Below are positions 62,550 to 64,000 of a DNA stretch of 64,000 nucleotides, piece after piece (within the stretch, counting starts at the first letter, position 1; every line of letters begins with the position of its first letter). The position numbers and the translations under genes were made by a program. Origin of the DNA: Verrucomicrobiia bacterium (lineage in GTDB: Bacteria; Verrucomicrobiota; Verrucomicrobiia; CAIQCK01); contig JBAYFL010000009.1 in the NCBI GenBank assembly GCA_041667205.1, forward strand, positions 106,732 to 170,731. Direction: 5' to 3'. The notes beneath the pieces were generated by a model, which had not been told where the DNA came from, made no database searches, and saw only the letters and a program-made list of their open reading frames with translations.

Positions 62550-64000
62550 CTACTTCTTCTGCACCGCGTAGAGGTGGCTCTGCGTCGCGATGTAAATGGT
62601 GCCATTGGCGATGGCGGGCGTCGCGACGATGCCGGAGCCGAGATTGATGGTGTTGATGATCTTCTTCTCCTTGCTGGCGGCAAAGATGAGGAAGTCGCCG
62701 TCGTCGGTGCCGATATACATCTTGCCGTTGGCGATGACGGGCGAGCAGCAGATTGGCGTCTGCATGTCATGCATCCAGTGTTGCTTGCCGGTGTCAGGGT
62801 CGAGACAGAAGATGCGGCCGCTGTTGTCGGCAGTGAAGAGCAGGCCGTCCGCGATGGCGACGGTGGAGAGACTGCGGTCAATCTCGTCGAAGAGCCAGAC
62901 CTTGCCCGACTCGGTGATGTCGCCGGTCTTGGTGGCGTCAATGCATACCAACTCGCCGCGTCCGCGGCCGTGCTTCGGGTCTTGGCCAACGGAGGCGTAG
63001 ATGCGGTTCTTGTAGAAGACGGGCGTGGCGATGCACTCGCTGGGGCCGGTCTTGTTGCGGTATTTGCCCTCACGATGTGCGGCGGCATTGAGGTCGAACT
63101 TCCAGACGGTCTTCAGACGGCCGAGTTTCTCGCCGGGCGCGGGCGGTTCCGGCTTGGCGTCGAACGCATAGCAGCAGCCGTCGCCGGCACCGAAGAAGAT
63201 CATTTGGCGGCCGTTGACGACGGCGGACGAAGGCGAACACCACTCGCCGTGGAGTATCTTCGGACCGACCTTCGCGTCATCGCGGGCGATGATCTTGCCG
63301 GTCTTTTTCTCTATCACGATGAGCGACGGGCAGTTCGGGCGCGGGATGACCTTGTGGGTCCGGTTCACGCCGTTGGACGGACAGACGTAGAGGTAATCGC
63401 CGACGATGAGGATGGAGCAATCGTTGGCGTCCTGCGGCCAGCATTCCACGTCGGGGTGTGTGAGCATGTCCACTCGCCAGATGATGTCGCCATCGGTGGG
63501 GCAGAGCGGCGTGACCGGCTTCTCTCCTTCGGTTGCCATGAACTCGGCTTCCTTCCTAAAAGGCCCGTCGTTGCCTTTTGCTTGGCCTTTGATGTCCATG
63601 CAGAGCACTTCGTCGCGATTGGAGCAGAAGTAGAGGCGGTTACCTTCTACGACGGCGGTGGAGCAGACGCCTAGGTTGAGACAGTCGTAATTGAACAGCG
63701 GGTCTTTCTTGACGACGCCAGCGGCCGGGATGAGCAACTGCCAGAGCAGTTTGCCAGTAGCCGCGTCGAAGCAGAGTTCCGCGCCGCCGCCCTTGGTCGA
63801 GTGACGGTCGTCGTAGCGTGTGTCGCTGTTGGTGCCAACGAACACCTTGCCGCCAGTAACGACGGGACTGCCATAGCAGTGCGTCGCCATACGCGCGATC
63901 CAGCGCACGTTCTTGGTGGTGCTGAGGTCAACCTCTGGCACCTTTGGCGACGTGCCCCACTGCGGGCCGGCGAGGTTGGCGTCGGGATTCTTGATGCCAC
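62550..64000 (-). CDS. PQQ-like beta-propeller repeat protein, 5' end outside window
   Basis: The frame stays open from the listed GTG (63941) to base 63998, so the gene is probably longer. It has repeated blades with GK.LW, TGKIIARDD, DPDTGKQHWMHDM and NGTIYIAT. Confidence 0.7.
   Translation of the reverse strand, partial: GIKNPDANLAGPQWGTSPKVPEVDLSTTKNVRWIARMATHCYGSPVVTGGKVFVGTNSDTRYDDRHSTKGGGAELCFDAATGKLLWQLLIPAAGVVKKDPLFNYDCLNLGVCSTAVVEGNRLYFCSNRDEVLCMDIKGQAKGNDGPFRKEAEFMATEGEKPVTPLCPTDGDIIWRVDMLTHPDVECWPQDANDCSILIVGDYLYVCPSNGVNRTHKVIPRPNCPSLIVIEKKTGKIIARDDAKVGPKILHGEWCSPSSAVVNGRQMIFFGAGDGCCYAFDAKPEPPAPGEKLGRLKTVWKFDLNAAAHREGKYRNKTGPSECIATPVFYKNRIYASVGQDPKHGRGRGELVCIDATKTGDITESGKVWLFDEIDRSLSTVAIADGLLFTADNSGRIFCLDPDTGKQHWMHDMQTPICCSPVIANGKMYIGTDDGDFLIFAASKEKKIINTINLGSGIVATPAIANGTIYIATQSHLYAVQKK

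Noticed and set aside
60555-63674. A 1039-aa ORF on the plus strand, the longest after the UDPGP fusion.
   Set aside because: It is an Ala/Gly/Val/Arg/Asp-rich low-complexity translation with no motifs. It lies exactly antisense to two genes with clear family signatures (GH27/NPCBM and the PQQ-like propeller). It is a typical shadow ORF of high-GC DNA.
1-64000. rRNA genes, tRNA genes, riboswitches or other structured RNA genes.
   Set aside because: I found no cloverleaf-compatible segment or conserved RNA motif in the intergenic regions. The only strong structures are the REP/REPIN-like palindromes. A covariance-model scan (tRNAscan-SE, Infernal/Rfam) would be needed to exclude small RNAs.

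Overview
This is a high-GC segment (over 60% by eye) whose gene content looks like a PVC-superphylum bacterium (Verrucomicrobiota/Planctomycetota-like); that assignment is an inference from content only. I support about 50 protein genes and found no rRNA, tRNA, CRISPR array, transposase or integrase. The backbone is a large glycan-degradation locus. It holds six Cys-type sulfatases, three BNR sialidase-family genes (one fused to an alpha/beta hydrolase) and two tandem FAD-dependent oxidoreductases. It also holds five TAT-signal Gfo/Idh/MocA oxidoreductases plus one truncated copy, a GH27 alpha-galactosidase with an NPCBM module, a protein with two GDPD domains, an amidohydrolase, an SSS-family symporter and a sugar kinase/pyrophosphorylase fusion. 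Many neighbouring genes overlap by ATGA, GTGA or TAATG, which suggests operons. Several visibly AT-richer islets interrupt this backbone and are the most interesting parts. (1) 40518-42284 is a single gene fusing a GHKL ATPase to a Shedu-like (DUF4263-type) PD-(D/E)xK nuclease, next to a RelE/ParE toxin-antitoxin pair. (2) 43085-44619 is a radical SAM/SPASM enzyme translationally coupled (TAATG) to a 37-aa Cys-Cys peptide, a candidate RiPP pair. (3) 17432-18794 holds a zinc-ribbon/DUF4145-like gene followed by a small ORF with three 22-aa modules whose nucleotide differences are almost all synonymous. (4) 42528-42821 is a secreted miniprotein made of four 18-aa repeats. The window also carries REP/REPIN-like nested-hairpin elements with GTAG or GTGG heads. 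One 63-bp copy sits in frame inside a sulfatase gene. All family calls come from motifs read by eye. No database search was run.
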